This document shows positions 30,584 through 42,236 of a stretch of DNA of 64,000 nucleotides, piece by piece (within the stretch, counting starts at the first letter, position 1; each line of letters opens with the position of its first letter). Below the pieces are notes generated by a model that was not told the origin of the DNA, made no database searches, and was given only the letters and a program-made list of their open reading frames with translations. A program made the position numbers and the translations under genes. Origin of the DNA: Candidatus Marinacidobacterales bacterium (GTDB taxonomy: Bacteria; Acidobacteriota; Vicinamibacteria; Marinacidobacterales; DATDRI01); assembly GCA_965219415.1 (NCBI GenBank), contig CBDCNP010000001.1:220251-284250 (forward strand). The letters are read 5' to 3'.

Positions 30584-31400
30584 AACGGCTCCAAACCCCG
30601 TGGTTTGATGGCGTTGGACAAAACAAAATCAAGCCGCGAAGAAAGGAGCCGAGATGGGAAGTCTGCTACGTTCGGTCAAGAAACGCAAGAAGTCGCGTCG
30701 TTTGGGTGAGGTCGAGATGGTGAGGCACGAGGATTACGGGGAACTCGCGCTGGACGCCAAGGTAGAGATGATCCGTTGGTTGGTCCCCCTTGGTCTAATG
30801 CACGTTCACGAGTTGCTCGACGACGAAGTGAAGGCGTTGGCGGGAGAGCGATACTCTCGCAAGGACGAGCTGGAGCGCGGTCGCCGTCCCGGAAGCAACC
30901 CGGGCACGGTAGGGCTTGGCGGCCAGCGGGTACCGATCCGTGTGCCACGGGTTCGGAGCATCGAGGGAGGAGAGATTCCGCTTCGCTGCTACGAGGCGGT
31001 GAGCCACGGCGGTGAGGTGAATGATCTTCTGCTGAAACGAGTTCTCTACGGAATCTCTTGTCGCAACTACGAGGCGGCAGCGGAAGCGATTCCGGGCGCC
31101 ATCGGGCTGTCGAGCTCAACGGTGTCCGTCGATGATCACCAGCAGACCCTGGGAGATATCGAGTCCCCGCTCGAGCAGTGAACGCAGGAACGGCGTCAAC
31201 ACCTGCGCGTTCTCCGTGTCCGTCTCCACGAAGCCCAAGAAGCGTTTTTCCCCGCAAAGCGTGATGCCCAGAGCCACGACCATCGTTGCCTCGGCGAATG
31301 TCTTCCCATCCAGAAACAGCGCCACCACATCCTCGCCGGTCAGATCCCGTTCCTGCATCTCCCGCAGCTTCGCAGCGCTCGCTTGCACGAACCCTCGGGA
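30554..31400 (+). mobile_element. Truncated IS256-family element with internal inversion
   Basis: 30654-31126(+) encodes ...GISCRNY..LSSSTVS; the continuation RGFVQAS..LFLDGK..VALGIT..VIIDG is on the minus strand (31397-31127). Confidence 0.85.
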
Positions 31401-32110
31401 ACATGGACTGGTATTGTGGTCGCATCATTGTTCCTATTGCTAGACGTGACTGCGGGGTCGGCGGCTCCCATTGTCGCCATCGATTTGGATCGGACTACCG
31501 CCGGTATTCAGTCCTCACTGACGGTGTCGCCGGGTGCGATGATACTGGTCGACGTGGTAGCGTTCGACGACGGGAGCCCACCAACCCCTGTCGCCGTCGA
31601 CTCCGTGATCCTGGATGTGTTGAACTCCGCCCCCGGGGTGGCCTCCCTTGGCGGGTGGTCCAGCCCTGGCGGGGACATTTGCCGGTAGCCTAATCCTGCC
31701 GTTTGATGCGGCGGCCCTGGTCCTGGTGGCACCCGGAACACCGCTGTTTCCATTTTTGGCGCCTTCTCCGGGGACACTGGGTCTGGTCGGGTACTTCAGT
31801 CTTCTCGGCCCCGGTGGCGCCGGGCTGCTTCCGATCGGGCCGATGTTCGTGGACCTCATCAATCTGCCGACGATCACCGCGGGTAGCCTCGGGATGAGTA
31901 CCCTGAGCATCATGGGCTCTCCCCCGGGAAGCGAACTCGGTTTCGCGACCGCGCCGCTCTTTCCCACCTTGGCGTCTGGCACGATCACGGTCACGTCAGC
32001 GGTTCCCGATCCGGCGACCCGTATTGCTGCTCGGCGTGGGATTGATCGGCATGCGCGGTGGCCACTATCTCAGAGCGAGAGGCGATCGGTCCGGACGCTT
32101 ACGAAGCTGA
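31401..32110 (+). pseudogene. PEP-CTERM-like surface protein (5' truncated, frameshifted)
   Basis: Signal-peptide remnant; beta-rich body; C-terminal VPDPAT + VLLLGVGLIG + Arg-rich tail across a frameshift. Confidence 0.65.
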
Positions 32111-32292
32111 GTTGTTGCCGCCGAAAAATCTATGAACACATAGGCCCGAACATCATCGATCGGCCGTGGGCCATCGAGTGAGGGACAAGCTGCAGGGGCA
32201 ACAAGCTTGCGACCCGTCGGACGTCGAACACAACGCCGATAGACGAGGCGCTTTGTTAGTGCGCCGCAATGAGGAAAAACGGAGGGTTCCCC

Positions 32293-34309
32293 ATGTACAA
32301 GCCAATGTTGAAACAGGTTCACCTCGCAGTCGCGCTGCTGGTCCTCACGGGTTTGCCGCAGCCACTCCATGCTGAGTCCGCGGTGTCCGATCTCAACGAC
32401 GATGGGGTGGTGAACGTTCTCGACCTCTTCCAAATAATCGGCCGATTGGGAACACAGGCGGGTGAAGTGGGGTATCGGGAGGACCTGGACCTGGTCCCCG
32501 ACGGCGTGATCGACATCAACGACTATCGAACCTTGTTACCCGATTTTGGGCAAGCGGCGGCCATATCCCCGACGACTCTCACCGGCAGAGTGTTCGACGG
32601 CTTGGGCAATCCCCTGCCCGGCGTGACGGTACTGGTGGGGGCCGAACCTGTTGAGTGACACCACGGATCAGAATGGCGTGTACAGCCTGGGTATTCCTGT
32701 TGGTGAAACTGGCGATACCGTGATCACGTTCGATGGTTCCACCGCGATGGACCCCACGCCTGGCTTTCTCAGCGGCCAATACCCCACCATTCCCAACAAG
32801 CCGATCTTTATCAACGGTGGCACCGAAAACGTGTTTCGGGCCATGTCCCTGCCGGAGCGGGATCTGGTCGGTTCTGTGGATCTGAGCGTCGGCGGCGTGG
32901 AGACCAATACTTTGGATTCAACACATGGTTGCTTAACCAGAATGTGGAGGTGCAAAACGCGGGGGTCACGTTGGAGGTGCCCACCGGCTGTGAGGTCACC
33001 TTTCCTGCGGTAGAGGATCCGGTGCTTTCCATTACCCGGGTCGACCCCGCCAGGTTGCCGGTGCCGATGCCGCCCGGACTGTCGTCCTCCTTGTTTGTGA
33101 CCTATCAGCCGGGGGCCGCCGAGATCAACTGTCCCGCGGGTGTCGAGTTGTTCACCGAATTCGACAACGACGACGGCTTTCCCAATGGTCCGGGTAATCT
33201 CCAAGACGGCCCGTTTCTCGCCGGTATCACCAACGGCGTGTTCCAGGAACTTGCGGCTTGTGAAGTGTCGGGGGCAGTTGAAGGCCCCACCGGTTTCTTC
33301 ACCGGCGGCACGGTGCGTTGCGGTCCGATACCCTTGCCGTTCGACTTTGCCTGGTACCACAGCGACATTCGGCCGCCGACGCCCTGTCCGCGTACCACGG
33401 TCGTGGGTACCGTGCGGCTCAACGACGTCCCGATGACCCCGGTCTCCGGGGCGACGGTCTCGGTGCCGGTGCCGGGAGTAGGCCCGGTGTCGACCGCAGC
33501 CGATGGCACGTTCCGCATTCCCAATGTACCGGCCGGGCCAAATGGCACTCGATGCTTCGTCAATCCCTTTAGCATTCGCGCGTCCGCGTCCAAGGGTGCC
33601 GATCTAGGAGTCTCGAAGTTCACCCCGGCGGTATCCGGGGGCATCACCGATGTGGGGGATATCAAGTTCGGCATCTCGGGAGTCGTGCAAGGTCAGGTGA
33701 TCAAGCTGACCAGTGTCGTTCCCTTCGTGGTGACCCCGCTAGAAGGGGCGGAGATGTCTGTCGATACCGTTCCCTCCCCTGGCTGCTGCCCGGTTGCGGA
33801 CTTCACTGGTCGTTACAGCCGTCTTCGATGTACCGTCAGGGGGCTATACCGTCGAAGCTTTCTTCGTCGGCTTCCTTCCGGATCCCGGCGGGGGTTTCGC
33901 GTTCAAACAATTCAGCGGCTTTCAAGAGGGCAGCATCAATTTTGACGGGGCGATCCAGGTCCAGGATTTCCGTTTCACCGGTAACGGCACGGTCGATGTA
34001 CAAGTGCTGAACCAGGACGGCACCCCCGCACCCTTCATCGATGTCACGCTCGAAGCACTCGGCGGCGGCCTGGGCGGTGGCTTCGTGGCGCCGAACGAAT
34101 TCTTCTTTGGATTCACCAACTTCGAGGGCCGGCAGACATTCGAGGAGGTGCCGCAGGGACCGTGCGAGATCACCGTGTCGGATTTTGACTCTGAAACCGA
34201 GGACCCCATCGTAATCGCGACGTTGGGGCCCGAGGACGGCTGCTTCGTCAACCAGCACGGGGAGGTCCTGGACCTCACTGTGAACTTGCCGAATGGCAAC
34301 GGGACCTAA
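32293..34309 (+). CDS. Secreted protein with dockerin/EF-hand pair and carboxypeptidase-regulatory-like beta domains; three frameshifts
   Basis: Signal peptide; DLNDDGVVNVLD and DLVPDGVIDIND; GRVFDGLGNPLPGVTV; four ORF pieces abut. Confidence 0.7.
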
Positions 34310-34362
34310 CCCAGGTTTGCTCAGCAGATGACGCCGGTCCGATAATGGTCTGCCGAGGTCCT

Positions 34363-36069
34363 CTACACCGAGAGCTCGTGGCCCGCTCCGGCGCCTCTTG
34401 GAATCCGAATGTCTTCAACGAGCTTCTGCACCTCGGCTGGAGGAGGGGGAGTGAAGCGAGCCACGCTCCCCGCGACGACGAAGTTGATGACCATTCCCAG
34501 GGTTCCAATCCCTTCCGGCGACACGCCGAACCACCAGTGGTCCACATTGTTGAGCTCGGGGTGAAGGAACTTGAAGTAAATGATGTAGCCAAGCGTGAAT
34601 CCGATCCCGGCAATCATGCCGGATACCGCCCCGTAGTGGTTCATGCGTTTGGTGAAGATGCCGAGCAGGATCGCCGGAAAGAACGACGCGGCAGCCAACC
34701 CAAAGGCAAGAGCCACCACCTGGGCCACGAAACCGGGCGGGTTGATGCCGAAGTAGCCGGCGACGACCACCGCGAGTCCGGCTGCGATGCGGGCTGCACG
34801 GAGCTCACCTTTCTCGGTGATCGAAGGGCGAATGGTCTTTTTCAGCAAGTCGTGGGCGACCGAGCTCGAGATCACAAGCAGTAGCCCCGCTGCCGTTGAG
34901 AGCGCGGCGGCAAGCCCTCCGGCCGCCACGAGGCCAACGACCCAGTCGGGTAGCCGAGCAATTTCGGGATTGGCGAGCACCATGATGTCCCGATCGATCA
35001 CCAACTCGTTGGGAACGGGCGATTGGGGCCCGGTGTATTGAATGAGACCATCGCCGTTTTTGTCCTCGAAGCGAATGAGGCCGGTCGCTTCCCAGTTGCG
35101 AAACCACTCGGGCGCACCGGCGTAAGGTTGGTTCGACAAAGTGGTCAGTAGGTTGGTGCGGGCGAACGCCGCCACCGCTGGCGCCGTGGTATAGAGAAGC
35201 GCAATAAACAGGAGCGCCCATCCAGCCGAGCTTCGCGCCTGCCGGACCAGGGGCACTGTGTAGAAGCGTACGATCACGTGGGGCAATCCCGCGGTGCCAA
35301 CCATGAGCGCGGCGGTGATGAAGAAAACGTCGAGTGTTTCTTTGCGTCCTGCGGTATAGACTCCGAAACCCAACTCCTGGGTGAGACCGTCGAGCCTGTC
35401 GAGCAAGAAGACGCCGGAGCCGTCCGAAACCATCGAGCCGAAGCCAAGCTGAGGAATGGCGGTGCCGGTCATGAGGATGGAAATAAAGATCGCCGGAACC
35501 AGATAGGCGAAGATCAGCACGCAATACTGGGCGACCTGGGTATAGGTGATCCCTTTCATCCCGCCCAGTACCGCGTAGGAGAACACGATCATCATTCCGA
35601 TCAAGACCCCGACGTTGATGTCCACTCCGAGGAAACGGGAGAAAACGATGCCAACGCCCCGCATCTGGCCAGCCACGTAAGTAAAGGAGATGAATAGAGC
35701 GCAGACGACCGCCACGACCCTGGCCGTTTGCGAATAGTAACGATCTCCTACGAAGTCGGGTACGGTGTACTTTCCGAATTTCCTCAAGTAAGGCGCGAGC
35801 AGAAGGGCTAGTAGAACGTAGCCGCCGGTCCATCCCATGAGGTACACCGAACCGTCACGGCCCATGAACGCGATGAGGCCCGCCATGGAGATGAAGGAGG
35901 CGGCGCTCATCCAGTCAGCGGCGGTGGCCATTCCATTGAGAACCGGCGGCACCTTGGCGGCGGCCACGTAGAAGTCGCCAGTAGAACGTGCCCGCGACCA
36001 GATGGCGACCCCGATGTATACGGCGAACGACAGCGCCACCAAGATGAACGTCCAGGCTTGGACGTTCAT
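34363..36069 (-). CDS. actP: Cation/acetate symporter (ActP-like SSS)
   Basis: NGMATAADWMSAASF, GTAGLPH, AAALSTAAG. Confidence 0.85.
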   Translation of the reverse strand: MNVQAWTFILVALSFAVYIGVAIWSRARSTGDFYVAAAKVPPVLNGMATAADWMSAASFISMAGLIAFMGRDGSVYLMGWTGGYVLLALLLAPYLRKFGKYTVPDFVGDRYYSQTARVVAVVCALFISFTYVAGQMRGVGIVFSRFLGVDINVGVLIGMMIVFSYAVLGGMKGITYTQVAQYCVLIFAYLVPAIFISILMTGTAIPQLGFGSMVSDGSGVFLLDRLDGLTQELGFGVYTAGRKETLDVFFITAALMVGTAGLPHVIVRFYTVPLVRQARSSAGWALLFIALLYTTAPAVAAFARTNLLTTLSNQPYAGAPEWFRNWEATGLIRFEDKNGDGLIQYTGPQSPVPNELVIDRDIMVLANPEIARLPDWVVGLVAAGGLAAALSTAAGLLLVISSSVAHDLLKKTIRPSITEKGELRAARIAAGLAVVVAGYFGINPPGFVAQVVALAFGLAAASFFPAILLGIFTKRMNHYGAVSGMIAGIGFTLGYIIYFKFLHPELNNVDHWWFGVSPEGIGTLGMVINFVVAGSVARFTPPPPAEVQKLVEDIRIPRGAGAGHELSV

Positions 36070-36335
36070 CGGTCTTCCCGTTCATGCATGTTGAACTTGT
36101 GATCCAGGCGGTTCATGAGTTGGACGTAAACGAAGATGAGAATCACGAAGACGTAAATCGACCCCTGTTGGGCAAACCAAAAACCCAGCTGGAATCCCCC
36201 CACGCGGATTCGATTGAGCGGCTCGACGAGAAGGATCCCGAACCCGTAGGAGACCGTGAACCAGATTGCCAACAGCACGAACACGTAGCGGAGGTTGCTT
36301 CGCCAGTACTTGGTCTTGTCGCTATGTCTGGTCAT
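36066..36335 (-). CDS. DUF4212 small subunit of SSS transporter
   Basis: YWRSN..LAIWF..GFWFAQQGS; ATGA overlap. Confidence 0.9.
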   Translation of the reverse strand: MTRHSDKTKYWRSNLRYVFVLLAIWFTVSYGFGILLVEPLNRIRVGGFQLGFWFAQQGSIYVFVILIFVYVQLMNRLDHKFNMHEREDR

Positions 36336-36469
36336 CTTCTCCTTTGCTAGCTCCCGAAGCGCGCGTCGAAACATAGCAGATCCTTTGGATTGTGTCGCCC
36401 CCTTCGGCCGAGGTGTTCGCCCTTTCAACCGGGAGCAGCGGAAAGGTTGAATCAAGGACATATCATCTC

Positions 36470-36497
36470 TTGACAATGTACTTTAGTGATGTATTAT
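36470..36497 (+). promoter_or_regulatory. Sigma70-like promoter
   Basis: TTGACA-16 nt-TATTAT in an AT-rich patch, just upstream of ATG 36507. Confidence 0.6.
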
Positions 36498-36506
36498 CTC
36501 TAATAT

Positions 36507-37439
36507 ATGATTAATAAAGATGAATCGTTCCACAAATCTAGATGCCTTGCACTAATCGGCGTGCCCTCGAGCGCCGGCGCGCGTCGAACCGGGCAGGAAC
36601 GGGCGCCAGCAGCTTTTCGGAACGCCCGCCTACTCGAGCGTCTCCGGGATGCGGGGCTGGACGTCGCAGACCTAGGCGACCTACCCTCCGTCTCTTTCCA
36701 GCCGGACCTCGATCACCCCCGACAACAGAACTGTGACCTCGTCTTGGATGTGGCCCGGAATGTCGCCGATCGTGTCGACGAAGCTCTGGCGGCCCGGCGC
36801 TTGCCTCCGGTGCCGGGAGGTGACTGCAGCTTGAGCCTCGGGGTGATCGCGGGCCTGCTTCGCCATCAGGATCGTCTCGGCCTCCTGTACTTCGACGGGG
36901 ACGTGGACATCAACACGCCCGAGACGACGCGTTCGGGCGTCTTCGACGGAATGGTGATAGCTCACGTGCTCGGTAGGGGCGTGCCGCAGCTCGCCGGGAT
37001 CGGGCCACGGGGTCCGCTGCTGCGCGAGGAGGACGTCGTTCTCTTCGGGTACGACACGGAATCCGGCTGGGTCGATCCTCCGGAGCTTGAGTTACTCGAG
37101 CGCTCGCGCATGTCGAAGTACTCGCTGGCCCGGGTCCGCAACGATCCGGACGCGGCGGCGAGGGATGCGCTCCTTCACTTGGAGAGCAGGTCGGACGCAA
37201 TACTCGTCCACTTCGACATCGACGTGATGAACATCCCCGCCGTCGACGTGCCCCATCCCGGCGGGCTCGATCCCGAATCCGCCTTCGCGGCACTCAGGGT
37301 CTTCTTGAACACTCCGGCATGCGCCGGGCTCGTAGTGACGGAGCTCAACGCGGAACAGGATCCGGACGGCGAACACGCCGACCGGCTGGTGGGTGGCCTC
37401 GTGGAGGCCCTCGGTGTACGAAAAGAGTCGGCAGCATGA
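36507..37439 (+). CDS. Arginase/ureohydrolase family protein
   Basis: GGDCS, FDGDVD, HFDIDV, TELN. Confidence 0.88.
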   Translation: MINKDESFHKSRCLALIGVPSSAGARRTGQERAPAAFRNARLLERLRDAGLDVADLGDLPSVSFQPDLDHPRQQNCDLVLDVARNVADRVDEALAARRLPPVPGGDCSLSLGVIAGLLRHQDRLGLLYFDGDVDINTPETTRSGVFDGMVIAHVLGRGVPQLAGIGPRGPLLREEDVVLFGYDTESGWVDPPELELLERSRMSKYSLARVRNDPDAAARDALLHLESRSDAILVHFDIDVMNIPAVDVPHPGGLDPESAFAALRVFLNTPACAGLVVTELNAEQDPDGEHADRLVGGLVEALGVRKESAA

Positions 37440-37927
37440 TGCAGACCGCCACGCTGTCCCTGGATCCCGTCGATCTGCGGATCCTCGCTGTACTCCAAGA
37501 GGACGCCCGTACGTCGAATGCGGAAATCGGCCGACGGGTTGGGCTAGTGCCCTCGGCCATCTTCCAACGCCTGCGCAAGCTGGAGCACCTGGGTGTCATT
37601 CTCGGCCACCAAGCCCGGATCGATCCGCGCGCCGTCGGTCTGGACCTGACCGCTTTCATCTTCGTGACGGCGGACGAGCGCGTCGGGAGTCTCGAAACGG
37701 CTTCCCTCCTCGCGAAACTTCCCGAGGTGCAGGAGCTGCATCACGTCGCCGGAGAGGACTGCTACCTCGTCAAGGTTCGGGTGGCAGACGCGGCGGAGTT
37801 GGGGCGGTTCCTGAGGGACAAGGTCGGCGCGATCGAAGCTGTGCAGTCGACTCGGACCACGATCGTCCTCGAGACGATCAAAGAAACCAGCACGCTCCCA
37901 CTTCGCGACGCGCAGCAAGGGACCTGA
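37436..37927 (+). CDS. Lrp/AsnC transcriptional regulator
   Basis: LDPVDLRIL..DAR, VAGEDCYLVK; ATGA overlap. Confidence 0.95.
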   Translation: MMQTATLSLDPVDLRILAVLQEDARTSNAEIGRRVGLVPSAIFQRLRKLEHLGVILGHQARIDPRAVGLDLTAFIFVTADERVGSLETASLLAKLPEVQELHHVAGEDCYLVKVRVADAAELGRFLRDKVGAIEAVQSTRTTIVLETIKETSTLPLRDAQQGT

Positions 37928-37955
37928 CCGAGCCTGCCCGACAGAGGAGCCAAGC

Positions 37956-38582
37956 GTGGACTGGACAGTCTGGACCATGTTCGCTCTCACCGAGCTCGCC
38001 TTGAGCGCTACCCCCGGTGCTGCGGTACTGTTCGTCGTCTCGCAGGGTCTGCGGTGCGGATCCACCAATGCGCTCTGGTCGGCGGTGGGGATCCTCGCCG
38101 CTAACGCCCTGTACTTCGCGGTTTCGGGGACCGGCGTCGGGGCGTTGCTGTTCGCCTCGGGCACCCTCTTCACCGTGGTCAAGTGGGCCGGCGCAGCGTA
38201 CCTTCTTTATCTAGGCGCAATGGCCCTGCTCGGTCCGCCGCCCCTCCCCGGAATCCGCGCGACCGCGGAGCGATCCGACTCCGAACGCCGGACACTCTTT
38301 CTCCGAGGCTTCGTCGTACAGCTCTCGAATCCGAAGGCGCTACTCTTCTTCGTGGCCATCTTGCCCCAGTTCATCGATCGGGGTGAACCGATCGTCCTTC
38401 AGCTCGTCGTTCTCGGGGTCACTTCGATGGTGCTGGAGTTCGGGGTGCTCACCGCGTACGCAACCGCCGCGGCCCGAGCGTCGCGGGTCGCGATGCAGCC
38501 TCGCTTCACCACGGCAACCAGTCGGCTCAGTGGCGCCCTGCTTGTCGGTGCGGCCCTCGGCTTGGCGCGCCTCGAGCCGTAG
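37956..38582 (+). CDS. LysE/RhtB family exporter
   Basis: TPG, KWAGAAYL, NPKA motifs. Confidence 0.93.
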   Translation: MDWTVWTMFALTELALSATPGAAVLFVVSQGLRCGSTNALWSAVGILAANALYFAVSGTGVGALLFASGTLFTVVKWAGAAYLLYLGAMALLGPPPLPGIRATAERSDSERRTLFLRGFVVQLSNPKALLFFVAILPQFIDRGEPIVLQLVVLGVTSMVLEFGVLTAYATAAARASRVAMQPRFTTATSRLSGALLVGAALGLARLEP

Positions 38583-38660
38583 TGTGTCGCCCCAACAATC
38601 CCAACCGGCACCGAAAAAAAGGCGACCCCTCGCGTGCCCCCGACTTCCGGGCGAAACGTT

Positions 38661-39860
<1,200 letters not shown>

Positions 39861-39932
39861 GTTTGTGTTTGCGACCGTGCCAAGGGCTGTGGGCTTTACA
39901 ATCGTCTGGACCGAAGGAGTGAGGGTGCATCG

Positions 39933-41100
39933 ATGACACGGTTGTTCAAGATAAACGGTGTGGGGTGTCTCATAGTGTTAATCGTCAGCGCGATCCTGGT
40001 CGTGCTCAATTGGGATCGGATCACCTTCGTCGCCCGGAATCTCGGAGCGATGTTCGATGGGGTCGAAGCTGCCGAGACGCTGCGCTCGGTCGACGGGCTG
40101 CTCGACTTCATCGACGCCAATCGCTCCCACGTTTCGCTGGTTGCCTATCGTCTGGACGACCCTGATTCGGCGATCCTCCTGAATCCCGATGTCCCCCGGC
40201 CGCTGGCCTCCACGATCAAGATTCTGGTGCTCGCCGGCTATGCGCAGGCCGTGGACCAAGGTCGGTGGTCGCCTCACGAGCGGGTGCCGCTCGCCGCTGT
40301 CGAGGCCTTTTCCCTGCCTAGCACCGACGGCGGCGCGCACGATCGCGCGGTGGAGATCTATCGAGAGCGAGGATGGCTCGACATGTCCGGCACTGTCTCT
40401 CTGGGACATGTGGTATGGGCGATGATGACCGTGAGCGACAACGCTGCCACCGACTACCTGCTGGACCGGCTGGGCCCGCGAACGAGCCGAGTCGCTCGCG
40501 GCTCGGCTCGACGCTATCGACTCAGACGCGCCGCTGCCGATCAGCGGCGTCTTTCTGAGTTGGGCCAGCGCGGTCGAAGAACCGCTCGCGGACGCCGCCT
40601 GGGAACTGGCGGATCGCCTGCGCGGCGATCCCGAGTTCCGGACGGCCTCGCAGGACAATCCGGTAGCGAACCAGGTCACCCTTCGCGAGCAGGCCAGCCT
40701 TAGCGGCACGCGTTCTCCCAGGGGCACTGCGCGAGACTACGCCAGCCTGATGGAGCGGGTTCAGCGCGGCGACCTGATTTCAGGCGCCGCGTCGGCCACG
40801 ATGCGGGAGTTCCTCGAATGGCCGATGGAGAACGAGCTCATCCGACGGGAATTCACTGCATTCGGCACCAAGGGCGGCAGCCTGCCCGGTGTGTTGACCG
40901 AGGCCACCTACGCGGTGCCGCGTGATGCCGCGGTGGGCGGCGGGGTCGCAGCTCTGTTCCTCGACGAGTTGCCCCTAGCGGTCTGGTTCACGCTGGCTGA
41001 AAGCTACCTACACCAGGAGCTTCTTCGCCAACTGCTGTCGGACTTCGAGTTCTTCGAGGGCGTCCGTCAGCGTCTCGAATCGCCGCGCGCGGTCGGATAG
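39933..41100 (+). CDS. Class A beta-lactamase-like serine hydrolase, frameshift near 40475
   Basis: ASTIK (SxxK), SDN, TKGG; N-terminal TM. Confidence 0.82.
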
Positions 41101-41171
41101 CCCCGCGGATTACCACGCAGGGCTCAACACTGCCGCCGCAACCACATGGTGAGGCGTTTGTCCCTCCCCGG

Positions 41172-41223
41172 CCTGTGCCAAAACTCGGCCCTTTTGCAAT
41201 AGACCACAAATCAGCAGCTTAGA
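41172..41223 (+). repeat. 52-bp direct repeat, copy 2
   Basis: Matches 39809-39860. Confidence 0.9.
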
Positions 41224-41857
41224 CGCCCTTGGAATCCGCGCAGAATCCAGGGTATTTCGCGCCGCAGGGCGTGCTTCCGATCCCTGGGTTGCGGGTGGCG
41301 GGCGACAGGCCCACCGGAGGTGCACACTGTGGGGCGAGCTGCAGGCAGCGACCTGCGCACCCAGGAAGTCCCCATTGGACTGGACTTTACCTGGCGAAAG
41401 AGCGAACGTTCGGTGATGCCGAAGGATACAAGAGTTGGCCGGAGGGTCGTTCTGGATACTTCCGCTGAGTGCGTTTGAAAATGCTCATGGGGAACCTCGT
41501 ATCCGCGAGTACAGGACAATTGTGGACCGAGATCGCGAGAGTTGTGCACCAAGGCACCCCTTCAGCCCTTCTAGCGCGTCTCTGGTGCCACCTACCCCTG
41601 CAAAACCCCGCCAACGGCGCGGAAAATCTCATCCGTCTCTGCAGTGCCACAATTGGGCAGACTGGGTGGCGGATGGTGCAGGCTGGAGCCATCCGGTCTC
41701 TGTGAAAGGTATATTGCGAGTTTTCCAAGTCTTATGGGGCCGCGCGTGGTGGGGCAATGTAGCGAAAACTCAGAGAAGCCCTGATGCCCACGTCGTTCTA
41801 TCCTATTGTCCTGCAGTGATTTAAAGCCATCCGTCACGTGCTGGTCCCCGCACGCCT

Positions 41858-42147
41858 CATCGACGGGTGGTCGTTCGATCTTATTTTTGAATTGGCGTTA
41901 ATCCGCTTTTCTATGCGGCAATCTCAACCTTCTTGACGCCTGAAAGAGGGCCGTGTCGTAAACCCTCCGACAGAGGCTCCGCTCGTAAATCATTGTAGTG
42001 AAAAGCTCTTGCGCCTCATCGATGGTCGCGTCGTCGACGGGAACACCCCTCCGACTATCGCAGTCGTAAGGCTCAAGTGGGGGCAAGTGGAGCTATTCGG
42101 ATCTTGGCAGCAAACGAGCAGTAACAGAGCAAAACAGGTTCATCAAA
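41858..42147 (-). repeat. About 290-bp non-coding repeat, copy 1 (inverted relative to 47141-47430)
   Basis: Reverse complement aligns at high identity by eye with 47141-47430. Confidence 0.92.
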
Positions 42148-42236
42148 ATGCAATTGGAGGCCATTTCGGGGCTGAATCGAGCGCCAATCGCTCAGCTAAT
42201 GGGAAGACGCCGTCGTGTCCAAAAACACAAACGAAC

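Noticed and set aside
36398-36408. CCCCCTTCGGC matching the tRNA-Leu 3' end (possible attR)
   Set aside because: Only 11 bp, GC-rich, lacks the ACCA end, and no integrase is adjacent
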